DNA from: Haliotis cracherodii
Lineage: Eukaryota
Direction: 5' to 3'
Length of the DNA stretch: 64,000 nucleotides
NCBI RefSeq assembly: GCF_022045235.1
Contig: NW_027266285.1
Location: 1,860,001-1,924,000, forward strand
Position 1 is the first letter of the stretch, and each line of letters begins with the position of its first letter. This document shows, one piece after another, positions 25,040 through 37,161 of this stretch. The position numbers were made by a program, and so were the translations under genes. The notes below the pieces were generated by a model that saw only the letters and a program-made list of their open reading frames with translations, was not told where the DNA came from and made no database searches.

Positions 25040-25220
25040 ATTTAATAGATCAGGTAGTCAGGCTCGGTGAGTTGGTTGAGTGAGTGTCATCGCACCCAGA
25101 CGACGTAGATCGTTGCTTATAATATCAATCACTGATTTGTCTGGCCCTGTGTCATTCATATTACCAGGCCACCGTCATATAGCTGGAATATTGCCGAGCG
25201 GCTTTAAACAACAAGCAAAC
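25040..25220 (+). mobile_element. Short retroposon family A, degenerate copy
   Basis: ggtagtcaggctcggtgagttggttgag...ccaccgtcatatagctggaatattgccgagcggctttaaacaacaagcaaac. Confidence 0.8.
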
Positions 25221-27261
25221 ATGACGCAAAGAGGATACGTTGTATCCGGAGTTCCTGATCTTTATTCCTTTCCGAATTATCAACCACACATATGTCAATC
25301 CTTCAGGGAACTCCGCAACTGCCCTCTCCCGGCCCCATCCACCCCATCCCACCCCCGTGTCCTGATTGGCGTGTATAGCTTTATAGCCAAGACTTTATAA
25401 GGAATGTAATGAGGCATCTGGCAGACATCAGCATGTAAACTTGTAATATGTGCACTGATAGGCCTTCCGCAGAATTGAGTATTGGGTGGAAGTCGCGGCC
25501 AGAGACAACGAAGAATCTCCAAGACTTCTTCAGACTCCCGGCAGGGATTCCTAAACTAATCATCAGCTTATTACCAATTATCTGAAACTGGTTTGGTCAT
25601 CTAGTCAGCCGCGTCTCTGAGGGACGTAAAACCCGATTAATAAGAGCCTTTGAAGTATGTTATAGTTTCTTATGCAATTACATTATTTCTTTTAGCCTAG
25701 CCCCTGGCGAGCATCCGCAATCCACACTAATGCCTTACACTTTCCTTTTAGTTTTGAACGTGTTGTAAAAATGGCTATCAATTTCGTGTCATAGGAGATT
25801 TTTTCTTCTACTGCACGTGAACGAAGCTTACCGCCTCTTCTTTGGATCACAGAGGTGCAGTTTTATTCATACTGGCAGCTTGTTATTCCCCAAGACACAG
25901 AAAGCCTCTTAATCGTGCAAAGGTCTTTGTTTTCTCCTGCTGTTGACTTATTCGTAACTTCGTTGTCATGTATGGTACGAAACTGTCCAGTGGGTAGGAT
26001 GAATCTGTTTGAGACCGTTTGACAATACATCAATCATGCTGATTTGATTCGTTTTCAAAGATCATTTATCCACATTTTGAAACCTACTGTCGCATTTTTC
26101 ATATTCTGTCCTCTCTTTTTACAAATCGTAATTGAAGGATCAAAGTTCTGTTGACAATGTTCAATTAAAAGACAAAGCGATTCCGGCACTTTTATATGAA
26201 TCCTAATCGACCAAAGGGTATGTACGCATATCTAAATTCAAGAAAAATTCATGAAGTTAATAATCGCAAGTTCTTTATATCTATGTCAGATTAAACTTCA
26301 GTTTCGCAAATCTCGATGGTAATGGATGTATAATTTACATGACTTCATGTTTGTTCGGGTCTCTGTATCATCAACACGATAGTACATTTGTTTCATTCTA
26401 GAATTTTGGTATTTGTGTGACAACGTGATACTTTTGACTCCAGGAAGAGTAGTGTCACGTGGCATGTGTGGCCGGTGCTTTGTGTATATATTTATAGCCT
26501 AGTTTCAATAAAAAATAACAAGCATGTTGTACAAAGGCCCTCTGCTATCTCATGGTAATAGAGTTCCTTGAACAACGCCAAGAATGCAGGGTTTACAAGA
26601 AGAAATTGCCATCACGAACATGAAAGGCTTGTTGCCTTTGGCCATACAGTAGTTTCAGACAGAGCTGAGGTTTTAATGTTTTAGTCCCCATATTATCAGG
26701 TCTGCACGGGTGGCGCGGAGTCCGTTCGTTGAGCAGAGACGCATCTGACAGCATCAAACCAGTGGTACCCCATCACTTTGGGAATCCTGTAATAGACGCA
26801 ACGTGTGACTTTAAACGTCACTCATCATGCTCTAAGCCGACCAACGTCACTCACACTTGACTTGTCTTTTCATGTGTTTGTGATGTGTGCCACCGGTGTG
26901 ACAGGATACGCCCTCCTTCTCGCGCGAACACCTATTTGATAGTGATGCGTTGAACTGAAACGTCTGTTCCAGAAATACTATGACAGAACATGAATTGTAT
27001 TCTTCATATCTTGGGTCAGGCGCATAAACTCTATTGAGGAATTTGGCGCAATACAAATGTACTTCTTATTATTGTTTAGGTACCTTTCAAAGGTTGACTA
27101 ATCTATTGGAAGAAGGTCGGGGATGTTCAGCTCTAGCATATTGGCAATAACCACCAGGCAACATGTCCTTAAACCCATGATAACGTTGAACAAGAAAACA
27201 GCGTTATCACTATCCCCCGCAATGGGGCACATTAGAATTGTGTGTGTTCATATAGTAGTGA

Positions 27262-27540
27262 GTGAGTGAGTGAGTGAGTGAGTTGGGTTTAACGCCGCTT
27301 TTAACATTATTCCAGCTATATCACGGCGTGTCAGCTTAATGTGGTAGGAAAGCCCGAAGTGATGCAGGTCTCAGACGTATACCAATTCGGTGAAACCCAC
27401 GAGCACGGGTATGGTATTAGAAACATAATCGGGGCGAACCGGGATTCGAACCCACAATCATAGGTTTCTGGCGTGCCCAAGGGACGCAACTCTGCATAGC
27501 GAATCGCGGCGCCTTAGACAACTGGCCCCCCGTGCCCCCC
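27262..27540 (-). mobile_element. tRNA(Leu)-like-headed SINE, family B, full length
   Basis: Head gggggcacggggggccagttgtctaaggcgcc...gtgggttcgaatccc; (actc)n tail; TSD atatagtagtga at 27250-27261 and 27541-27552; closely similar to 61786-62068. Confidence 0.92.
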
Positions 27541-27569
27541 ATATAGTAGTGAATACGATTGAAGTCAAT

Positions 27570-27893
27570 GTTAACTATATAAAAATAGTCCAATATTTCC
27601 CCAAGAAGAGATAAGCACTAGGGTGGCTTTATGATCATGATTAAATCTGATTAAATGTGAAATCTACAACACAAAAGGGTGCTTCTCTAGAAAAAATGAT
27701 ATTTGGCACCAATTTTCTCTATTGAAAATATGCTCTACATTGAAAAGTATGGAGCAAGGAGCATAACTCTGAAAAAAAGTAATTTAAGAATTCTCTAACT
27801 CAGTTAAGCTCGTGACCATTCACATCAGTGTGTAAAATTTCATTTCTCTAATTTCCTATATCCCCTGCCCCTCTTCGTGGCGGGGGGTAAAAT
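27570..27893 (+). mobile_element. Possible Helentron-associated non-autonomous element (HINE/DINE-1-like)
   Basis: aaggagcataactc and tgtgtaaaatttcat motifs; 3' GC-rich hairpin cccctgcc...ggcggggg followed by an A-tract. Recognised by pattern only. Confidence 0.4.
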
Positions 27894-28444
27894 GAGGATG
27901 GATTCTGTCATTATTATCACACACATGAAACGGTCAATCAGGGTAAAAGCAGTAAGAACGTATGTTGCCTTCCTACTACTTTCTGAAACACGCTTCCATG
28001 TGGTTCATTCACGTTGGAAATACAGTTCAGTGAATCGGTTCAAAAAGCTTCACAATCTCGAACAGGACACCCTCAATTTTGTGAAGACGGTACTTATCAG
28101 CGGCCGATGCTTATGGCCAACGTAGATGAGGATATTCATTGCGGAGGAGGGGGATTGACTTAACCAGAAAATGACGGCCTGCATTACTGATTGCAGGCCG
28201 AGCGACAGGGATTGAATGCTTAAGCTCATCGTTTGACCAAAAAAATCATCTCATGTGCACGGGAACCTTCTGTAAAGCCGGATCGTGGGTGTATGTGTTT
28301 GATGGAGGTGTTTTCAATATCAGGGACCTATCTCAGGTTAAAAGGTCACAGGCAAGAGATGAACACTTGCAAACCGTGTAGGCAACTTTTGTCCCGAGGG
28401 CATGGGGGCTCTCAGGTAACCTTTACTGGCACATTTTGTTTGTG

Positions 28445-28587
28445 TGAGCGGTTGGGTAGCCCAGTGGCTACATTGATTTGGCGATGGCCAGGGTTCGATA
28501 TCACCACATGTTACGATGTGTGAATCCCATTTCTGATGTTTCCCACTAAAATCGGCCTAAAACTATACTCACTCACTCACTCACTCA
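28445..28587 (+). mobile_element. Short tRNA-derived SINE, family D, degenerate
   Basis: A-box gtagcccagtgg, B-box gggttcgatatc, body tgtgtgaatcccatttctg, (actc)n tail. Confidence 0.75.
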
Positions 28588-28700
28588 TTTAAGATGCGAT
28601 ACAGATACTTCAACCGCCATGGCAAATTATTCATTCCATTATTATTCACATGGTATTGTAATGTATAAGTGTAGTGTATAAGTTATGTCTTTCTATCAGA

Positions 28701-29024
28701 CAGACCGCCTTCGTGGCTTAGTGGTAGAGCGAACGTCCGGGATGCGGAAGCTCGGGGTCATTCCAAAAGACGTTCAAATATGAAACTTGTTGTTACCTTG
28801 CCTGGCGCTCGGCATTAAGGGGCCTCTAACAAGGACTGGTCGGCTCGGTGTCAGTATACCAGGTCTGAGTGGGTTAGTCATGTTAAACTGCGGCATGGTT
28901 ATCTCATTGGGCTAGCACTATAAAATCGGCATTTGTCCGGACTGGTACAAACAACCACAGACACACCCTTTATAAGTGCAATAATCTTCGACGCGACGTT
29001 AAACTCCATTTCACCTCACCTGAC
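28701..29024 (+). mobile_element. tRNA-derived SINE, family C, near full length
   Basis: A-box tggcttagtggtagagcg; core cctggcgctcggcattaagggg...caaggactggtcggctcggtgtcagtata; degraded TSD ctttctatcaga (28689-28700) / ctttctaccgga (29025-29036). Confidence 0.82.
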
Positions 29025-31557
29025 CTTTCTACCGGATGAAGATTGTCAAAAATGTTTCTCTAGAAAATGATGGTAGTATACTGATAGTCGAAGTCACATA
29101 TTCATTTTATATTATCTCGGTGTAGAAATGGTTTAACTGTATAGAATAATTTACCTTTTGTCTTCTTATCAGATTATTTCTTCGGGGTAAATTTGACACC
29201 GACTTAAATCTTACATCCGATACATGCTGACTTTGTGAATCCTGTTATTTTTATCTCTAATTGAAACATATAGCGTTGGTTACAGAACTGAAAGTTAAAA
29301 CGTGCTGCCCTCTGCACGAGAGTCGATAATGATGTATATTTCGATAAGGAGAGAGTGCTCATTTCACGTGTAAAGTATTTTTTAATGGAATGCTCACAAT
29401 GGACAGTCGTTCTAGTGATCACAGAATTATATGATCAGACAAGCAAATCTCGATCAAATCTGTCAGAATAATTAATGCACGTCTTGAAAAGTCAAGGTCA
29501 TATATTCTTGCATAGGTTCTTCTCTTACAACCATCTAACAAAGAATATCGAACCACGTCATTTTCCTACGAAAAGAACATCGTACTTTATACGACCCCAC
29601 GTAATGAGAAAGGAAAATGACTGTATGAAAACCTTTGACGGAACCTGTATGCATGCGGTCAGCATTCTTCTTCTCCAATCGATATCGAAAATTGCTAGGG
29701 GGAAACAGGAAGCTTATGAGCGAATACGGTCACGTGACCTTTGCGACAAAAGATGAGCGTCGGGTCTGTAGCCTCCGCCATCTTGGAAAGTCCTACTTAA
29801 TGTCTCCTCGTCGGCAAGAAGCTTAGCCCGAGGCGAACTTCCAAGGACGTGACCTGGATGTACCGTGATTGTCTCTTAAGGTTTCCTATGCCGGCGGAGT
29901 ACAGCGTCCATTAGATGAGACCGATAGACTACTAATTGGTAGATAATTTGCCACCTGTTCCTTGCTCTGCATTGACACAGTTCTTCGTAAAATGATTTTA
30001 AGTTTATTGAAGCTAGCCTGCACCTAACTAAAACGATAGGATTGAAAATCAGAATCCTCAGATTTGTACTATAAACTGTGTTTATTCACATGGTTGTATT
30101 TGTGTTGAGTGAAGTATATAGGACAAAGGGTTTATTGGTGCAGAGATCGAAGTAAAGTGGATAAAAATAAAATTCGCTGATTGGTACAAACGTGTTTGGT
30201 TAGGTGAGCTAACCTTTTCGAAGAGAAATCTGATATAAAACTCTACCTATCATAGTGCGTCTGCCTCATCAGGGAGAAGATGAACCCCAAGCACCACTGT
30301 CATCTTGCATTATAACTAGACAAGCATTATTCCCCTTAGTGCATTTGCACGGCAACCTGACAAGGCATGCTACTCGTCACATCGTTTTCAACATCGGTAT
30401 TTGCGTTTTAGTTTAAATAAGTATATCAAAACGGCATTTCTTAATAAGGAGACACTTGATTCAATTATAATGAAACACTATTCCAGCATAAAATGCCTGT
30501 CTAGAAAACAAAGAGCAACAACAGTTAAATGTACACGCCATTCTTTAGCTTCATCCCCAGCTTTCCTCCGGGTGATGTATTGAAGAGGGCAGAAGAGTAT
30601 GACTGGCAGGCTCATGTACACAACAAAGGTCATTTTTGACGTCAGGGGAATAGTTTGGCGATTTTGACGTCACATCGGCGTACACGTTACCTTGTTGACA
30701 ACATAAGAACAACAACTATATGTGTGACTCATATGACTGAGGTTTGTAGGAGCCAATTGAGAGGAACGCCGTTTTGAACAGTATTTGTCTTATGTCGCGA
30801 TATGCCTGCTTCTAAGACGTATCAGACGTTTGCGACTTTGGTAAAACCTCAAGTGATGTCGATATTCATTAAACTGTTTTGTATGTTATAGTTTGAAAGA
30901 AAAAACAAACTTGTAGGCATTTAGGTTTTGCATGTCGCGCATTTTAGACACACTGGCAACATTTATAGTAGCAGGTGAACAAAAAATATAATATATTCAA
31001 CGGAGTGCTGAGAAACGTAACATTGGGTAATGTGCCCTACCATCTAAACAAGGCAAAGCCGATACGTAACTAATTATATTTTTTTTCTTATTCTTTAAAT
31101 GATCTGTGCCCAAACGCCCTCAGTTCTGGGAAATAGATGTGAGTTTAATCGACTCTTGTCGTGCGTTCCGGTGTGAGACCCCGCTAATGGAGAAAGTCTA
31201 TCAATCATCTACTTTTTCACAAGAAAATACAAAAGGTGTTTATGTAATGAGTTGAAAGATTCATAACACCATGTCCTTGATATTTACTTACCCATGTCCC
31301 CGATACCCACCGAGACACGACCTTTCGGGTGTATAGTCAGATCATTGATGCCCAAAAAGTAGTATAGGTAATGGTGATTCTGCCACAACTCCATTGGAGC
31401 CAGATTTATATACCTATACCACCACTACAGGGGGAATTTTTTATGCAAAAATGATGATGCGATTAAACGATCGTCATAAGATTAAACTAAATTGACTCTA
31501 GCGCATCACCACCTGGGGTCAATCAATGGTTCCATTAGTACAAAAACGATGATGAGA

Positions 31558-31866
31558 CTAAACTAAATTGTAATGAAAATATTCTCTTTTATTTTTACTA
31601 ATACGTATACCATTATTTTTAATGAAGTGATATTCAACATTTTTACTAAGTTCTTCGTTCATTTTACTAGGAGACCAGACTATATACTCTTCTTGGTAAT
31701 TGGAAAGAAACAATTGATGACCGTATTTGGTTGGTTTGATATCACTGATATAATATATACCTTGTGGTAATTCTCTCCTTTTGATAATTTTGTCCCTAAG
31801 TAAACAAAAATGGAAGAAGCGAAATATACAACTATGGAGAGCATGGAAATACGCGCAGAAATGTCT
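31558..31866 (-). CDS. Stop-to-stop open frame without an upstream ATG; protein-like, possibly of viral or Polinton origin
   Basis: Manual translation ...RDKIIKRRELPQGIYYISDIKPTKYGHQLFLSNYQEEYIVWSPSKMNEELSKNVEYHFIKNNGIRISKNKREYFHYNLV*; 102 sense codons in very AT-rich DNA. Confidence 0.35.
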   Translation of the reverse strand, partial: RHFCAYFHALHSCIFRFFHFCLLRDKIIKRRELPQGIYYISDIKPTKYGHQLFLSNYQEEYIVWSPSKMNEELSKNVEYHFIKNNGIRISKNKREYFHYNLV

Positions 31867-32178
31867 TTATTCCAACATATACTAGTGGAGAATGCATACG
31901 AAGACAACTTGCTACCAGATATATCCAAGGTAGGCTATTTGGAAGGAAATCTGGGTAGAACACATCTAGAACCTTTGGATGGCCTGTCAGTATTTGTAGA
32001 CGATATGTATGTATTTGGTTATCTAGAAGAAAACGACATAGTATCTCTACGGGGATCTGTGTCTTGTACAACTGGAGAAAGTGGATCTGCAAACCGTATA
32101 CTACAGGAAATACAAATAGCAACGCAGAAAGTATACGGATGTCGCGTGCATGCTACTATTGCAAATACAATTTCCTAA
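31810..32178 (+). CDS. Intronless 122-aa ORF, unknown product
   Basis: aaaaATGg start context, protein-like composition, AATAAA shortly after the stop. Confidence 0.35.
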   Translation: MEEAKYTTMESMEIRAEMSLFQHILVENAYEDNLLPDISKVGYLEGNLGRTHLEPLDGLSVFVDDMYVFGYLEENDIVSLRGSVSCTTGESGSANRILQEIQIATQKVYGCRVHATIANTIS

Positions 32179-32269
32179 ATACAATTTGACTAAATAAAAT
32201 AATAACATTCCCGAATATATATATTTCATATATAACTCTTTTTTCTAATTGATAACGGTAATTGTCAAA

Positions 32270-32547
32270 GGTTCTAAGTGAGCGCAATTCACTGTGCAGA
32301 GTTGGGTCAGGGACATCTGGTGGGCGTCAGATATTTATCGATCGTGGGTTCGAATCGCAGAATCACCCTGGTTATGTTTCTAGGTTTGTCAGAGCCATAC
32401 CCATGCTTGTGGATTTCATTTTTCTTTCATTCAATAGTAAATGTCTAAGACCTGGACCAGTTGGCTTTCATCCTTTATCAAGCTGACAAACTGATCATGA
32501 CACTAAAATACTGTTCGAAGAACCGTTAAACCAAAACTTACTCACTC
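32270..32547 (+). mobile_element. SINE family B, old degenerate copy
   Basis: ctgtgcagagttg...cgtgggttcgaatc...ttatgtttctaggtttgtcag...aagctgaca...gttaaaccaaaacttactcactc. Confidence 0.7.
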
Positions 32548-32559
32548 TTACTCGGTATC

Positions 32560-32792
32560 ATCCCGAAGACTTCAATATCGGACCGACAGTATCGACCCTG
32601 TTGGGATTCCAGTTCAGAATAACGATCATGGTACCCCGATGGGGACGTTGATCTTGCTATGAACCACTGGTTTGGCGTGGATCGATACCCACGTTCCCAG
32701 TCACTGGTTTGTCGAATGCAGTCTCGATTTACAGGCCGACGTGACATAGCTGTCGTAGTGTTGTCTGGGGCGTAAAGCGACAAAGAAATAAA
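32560..32792 (+). mobile_element. Short retroposon family A, old degenerate copy
   Basis: cactggtttgtcgaatgcagtctcgatttacaggccgacgtgacatagctg...ggcgtaaagcgacaaagaaataaac resembles the family A 3' half. Confidence 0.5.
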
Positions 32793-34032
32793 CAGTCTGT
32801 ACATAAGGCAAGAAAGTTAATGGATGAGTTTATGCAAGATGCAGGTTTGTTTGCCCTAACAATGCAATGTCTTCCGGCAATTGCAAATATCCCCATGCAA
32901 GCTAAATGTCCGTATCAAACCCTATCCTTTGTGGCTTGATTTACAAGATTACAAATTTTACGAAATCATAGGTAAGAAGTATATTTGCCAACGTTGCATC
33001 TATGAATCCATTTTGATCGTCATATCACCTGTTGAGATAAGGTTCTTTCCCATCCAGTCACCTTCATTATCATAGCTAAGCAACTGCAGGGAAGCACGAG
33101 TAAGATATTACTCTATCAATCGATTTCCATAATGTATATCTCCAACAAGCAATACCATCGACATCATGACTGGCCTTGACATGATTTGAAGCAGTAATGG
33201 CCGGTATAAGTGGACGGCATGCTAGACGGCTTTCCCGTAACCTCATTAGCACATCTTACATGATGCGTCGAGGGATCCTTCAGAAGTTAGCAAGTCCAAT
33301 TATCTCTATCCCATCTTCTCCTGAAGGCGCGGAGCCTTTCAACATCTGCAGCGCAGGGATTTTGACCTAAATTCCTCTTATCAGTAATATCGATTATGGC
33401 ATTACAGATTAGCGTCTGTTTCAATATTTGTAATATTGTTTTATCATAAGAAAGGGTATGTACGTTGGCACGCATATCCTGTCATAGATGGTTTCTATAT
33501 AGGATGCACAGAAGGACTGAGTAGTAACGTGGTGCCGTCATATATGTTTCAGTGTATTAAAAACATGTAAAAACTCAAACTCTGCTTCACAACACTGCCA
33601 TGTTACACAGCTTAGTCGTGCATTGTATGCATTCATTATTTTTACACTTTTAACATTTTCAGACAAAAAATCGGTTTCCTTAAATGTTTCACAATATTTC
33701 AAATTTCAAGAATCACCAACAGTTTCATTTCGTTATACACCATCTCATCCAAGTTGATCAATAATCGGAAGGTGTTGCAGAACATGGACTTCACTACTTG
33801 TCACTACCAAGACTCATCATATTGCTACCGACCTGTTGGTCATATTATGACATGACTTCTCCTTTGATGACAATAAGAGCCTTCGTCAGATGTTCAAATA
33901 TGACCAACAATATGGCACTATAAATGTACCTTCTATCAACTGGGATCACATCTATAAAGTAAGTACGGGTGATGTAAAAACGTATCCTGCAAAAGGGGCC
34001 AAAAGAGAGCAGAAACTTGTTGAATTGTGTTT

Positions 34033-34130
34033 CAGAGACCGCCTCCGTGATCTAGTGGTAGAGCGGCATTAAGGTGATAAAACAATGGTCGGCCACGGAG
34101 TTCAGTATACTGTATATGAGTGGGATATTC
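34033..34130 (+). mobile_element. SINE family C fragment, internally deleted
   Basis: gaccgcctccgtgatctagtggtagagcggcattaagg...tggtcggccacggagttcagtatactgtatatgagtggg matches parts of 28701-28880. Confidence 0.6.
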
Positions 34131-36055
34131 ACCCTAAGAGCTATGCACCCCAAACCGCGTTTTCAATCGAAGATGGCGAAGTGTGAGAAGGGTCAGTACA
34201 TGTACGTGGTTATAAGTTCCAAAAACATGATTCTAGCTCATAACTGTGATCATATTGTATGTGTTTGTTTAAACGTTTAACAGTGTGTCACAGTGTGTAT
34301 ATAAAAGCGACACGGCTGAGACAAAAGTTGCGTCCCTTATTGCACACAAGAAACCTATTATTGTGTGTTCTTGATTTGTCCGCAAACGATTAATCAAAAT
34401 AAATTACATGTACATGTGGATGTAGGCCTTAGATCTTTTGTGAAACGAGGTCAGGAATAAATAAACATTTGCATATAATCAGTCCTAGTTTACATTTTTA
34501 TCATTAGTCACGGATGTACCTTGGAATTTCCTTCCTTATACGCCTTGATGTACGCGGCGTCAAGCTACATTGCCCCACTCACTTACTTACTCACCCGAAA
34601 AGACCCACGCACTCACACCAAACTCGCTCACTCACTCACTTACTCTCACTTACTCACTCACTCACTCACTCGTATAGTGTGACGTCACAACCATTACGCC
34701 AGCGTTGATGCATGTACTTACTCTTATCTTAGATCTACAGGTATATGGATAATAAAAGATTAAACACAAATATCAAAAAGTCATCAGCTCAATGTCACGC
34801 TCAGTGACCCATAGCATCGACACGACACAGAATAGCTGCAATGAACTACAAGACCATTAATATAACAACGGTCAGACATTGATTAAGTAGTGTGCTTTTG
34901 TTGATGCTTAATATAAGTCACAATCTGTATCAATAAACAACATTTTGTTTTAACATGCTGCTTAATCCGGCATTTAATGTTCATTTAGTAGGGCGCAATT
35001 GGTACTCTTGTGGTCTATTCAATCACAAGTGTCATCACCAAATATCTTGTCTACTCGATAAGTGATGACGAGATATGTTATTTCTAATGGTCGTACCTAC
35101 TGATTAAAGGTTCAGTAAAAGGCTTCAGGCGCATACAAAGTACACATATGTCTTTAGGCACATATAATGGATGTTTTGGTTTAACACCTGGTTTAAACAC
35201 AGAATGATGCTCTCTCTCTCTCTCTCTCTCACTATCCAGTGCTTGTTACCAAAATGGTTAACGGCATTGTCCAGACACTTGTCCAGATAATATAAAGCAT
35301 GGTTTACATGCACACATCTACCCCAGTGGGCAAAATGTACCCTCAGGGGGTATATTTCGTCCAATTAACATGTTTTTGTTAAATTTCGTATCCATATGGA
35401 TAAAATACCCCATGGGTTAAAGTACTACATGTAAACTAGACTTTAATATCTTATATAGATAAAAAGACCTTAATTGTGTTTCATAGGCTCCAATAATCAT
35501 ATAAATAATTCCACAAGTTGCAATGTATTAATACATCAAGATACATCATTTGGCTGTTTGGAACCGATTACTGGTCAACCCGATTTCTATAATGCTTTGA
35601 TGACACATCTCCAGTGAACACATAATTTCATCCTCTTGTTCGTGCTGTAGCGTTGATATTGGAAGAGCCCCTGAGCCGTACCTCTCTGCAATGTAACAAA
35701 GTCAACTTTCTGCAAACTATTCTGTTATGTCTGTGACAAATTCAGATATCTCTGACAATACAAGCACAATTTGGTGAAAAAATGTAAATTGATAAGAAGC
35801 TGAGGTGAGAACTTAAAAAGTTGTTTTCTTGATCAAATGTTTCATTATTTCGAATTAAATGGAAGATACAACAATATATAATCCCATTGCATCTGAGTAG
35901 ATCAATTATTTTACCCATTAACTTTAAACGACGTTATTTACTTTACTTTATTTATTACTTTACTACATTGTACAGATGATTAAGTCTATTAGGACTGGTC
36001 CATTACCACAACAAGTATATCTTATATGTTCTGACAAGCAATCTTAACTCCACTG

Positions 36056-36740
36056 TCTATCAACTGGGATATCTGACAACTGGGGTATCTGACAACTGGG
36101 GTATCTGACAACTGGGGTATCTGACAACTGGGATATCTAACAAATGGGGTATCTACCAACTGGGGTATCTGACAACTGGGGTATCTGACAACTGGGGTAT
36201 CTACCAACTGGGGTATCTGACAACTGGGGTATCTAACAACTGGGGTATCTGACAACTGGGGTATCTAACAACTGGGGTATCTACCAACTGGGGTATCTAA
36301 CAACTGGGGTATCTAACAACTGGGGTATCTGACAACTGGGGTATCTGACAACTGGGATATCTGACAACTGGGGTATCTGACAACTGGGGTATCTACCAAC
36401 TGGGGTATCTGACAACTGGGGTATCTAACAACTGGGGTATCTGACAACTGGGGTATCTGACAACTGGGGTATCTGACAACTGGGGTATCTAACAACTGGG
36501 GTATCTAACAACTGGGGTATCTGACAACTGGGGTATCTAACAACTGGGGTATCTGACAAATGGGGTATCTTACAACTGGGATATCTGACAAATGGGTTAA
36601 CTTAGAACTGGGGTATCTGACAAAAGGGGTATCTTTCAACTAGGGTATCTTACGACTTGGGTATCTGACAAATGGGGAATCTTACGACTTGGGTATCTGA
36701 CAAATGGGGAATCTTCCAACTGGGGTATCTGACAAATGGG
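36056..36740. repeat. 16-bp minisatellite (caactggggtatctga), ~42 copies
   Basis: Direct reading; homogeneous core, diverged right end with a 32-bp dimer periodicity. Confidence 0.98.
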
Positions 36741-37161
36741 CGTAGGACCAACATCAGTACCATGTAATTGATTTATTGATCTGATATCTTGTTTTCTTCC
36801 TCGGTCACCACAGAACCAATATTACTGACATGGGGTCAGCCCGCGGTCAGTCTTTTCAGTTTCGCTCTTCATACTTGTCAGTCGTTTACAGCATGAGGTA
36901 AGTGTTCACTTAGGCTATTCATTTGTATGCGTTGAAGTACTTTGTAACCTAAAAGAGATGGCCTTGTCGTCTCGGGCTCACAATTCAAAGTGGAGAGATG
37001 TGTGAATTTGGAGTGCTGGTATATGTGAGTTCGGATCCCCTGACAATGATCCTTAGTGTATCAGTACAATAATAGTACTAAGTGGCAACTCACCACCACT
37101 CAAAAGATAAAAATGACTTGCATCACAATGTGCTTTCCTCCAACATCAAACGATTGATATA

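Noticed and set aside
30215-30275. CTGATGA on the minus strand as a second hammerhead
   Set aside because: No stem II followed by GAAA; candidates near 45400, 51213, 58100 and 60172 also fail the stem requirements
32800-33500. Possible decayed coding sequence on the minus strand
   Set aside because: Multiple stops in the frames examined and no identifiable motif
36022-36495. Repetitive ORFs (DTPVVRYPSCQIPQL)
   Set aside because: Translations of the 16-bp minisatellite; the unit is not a multiple of three
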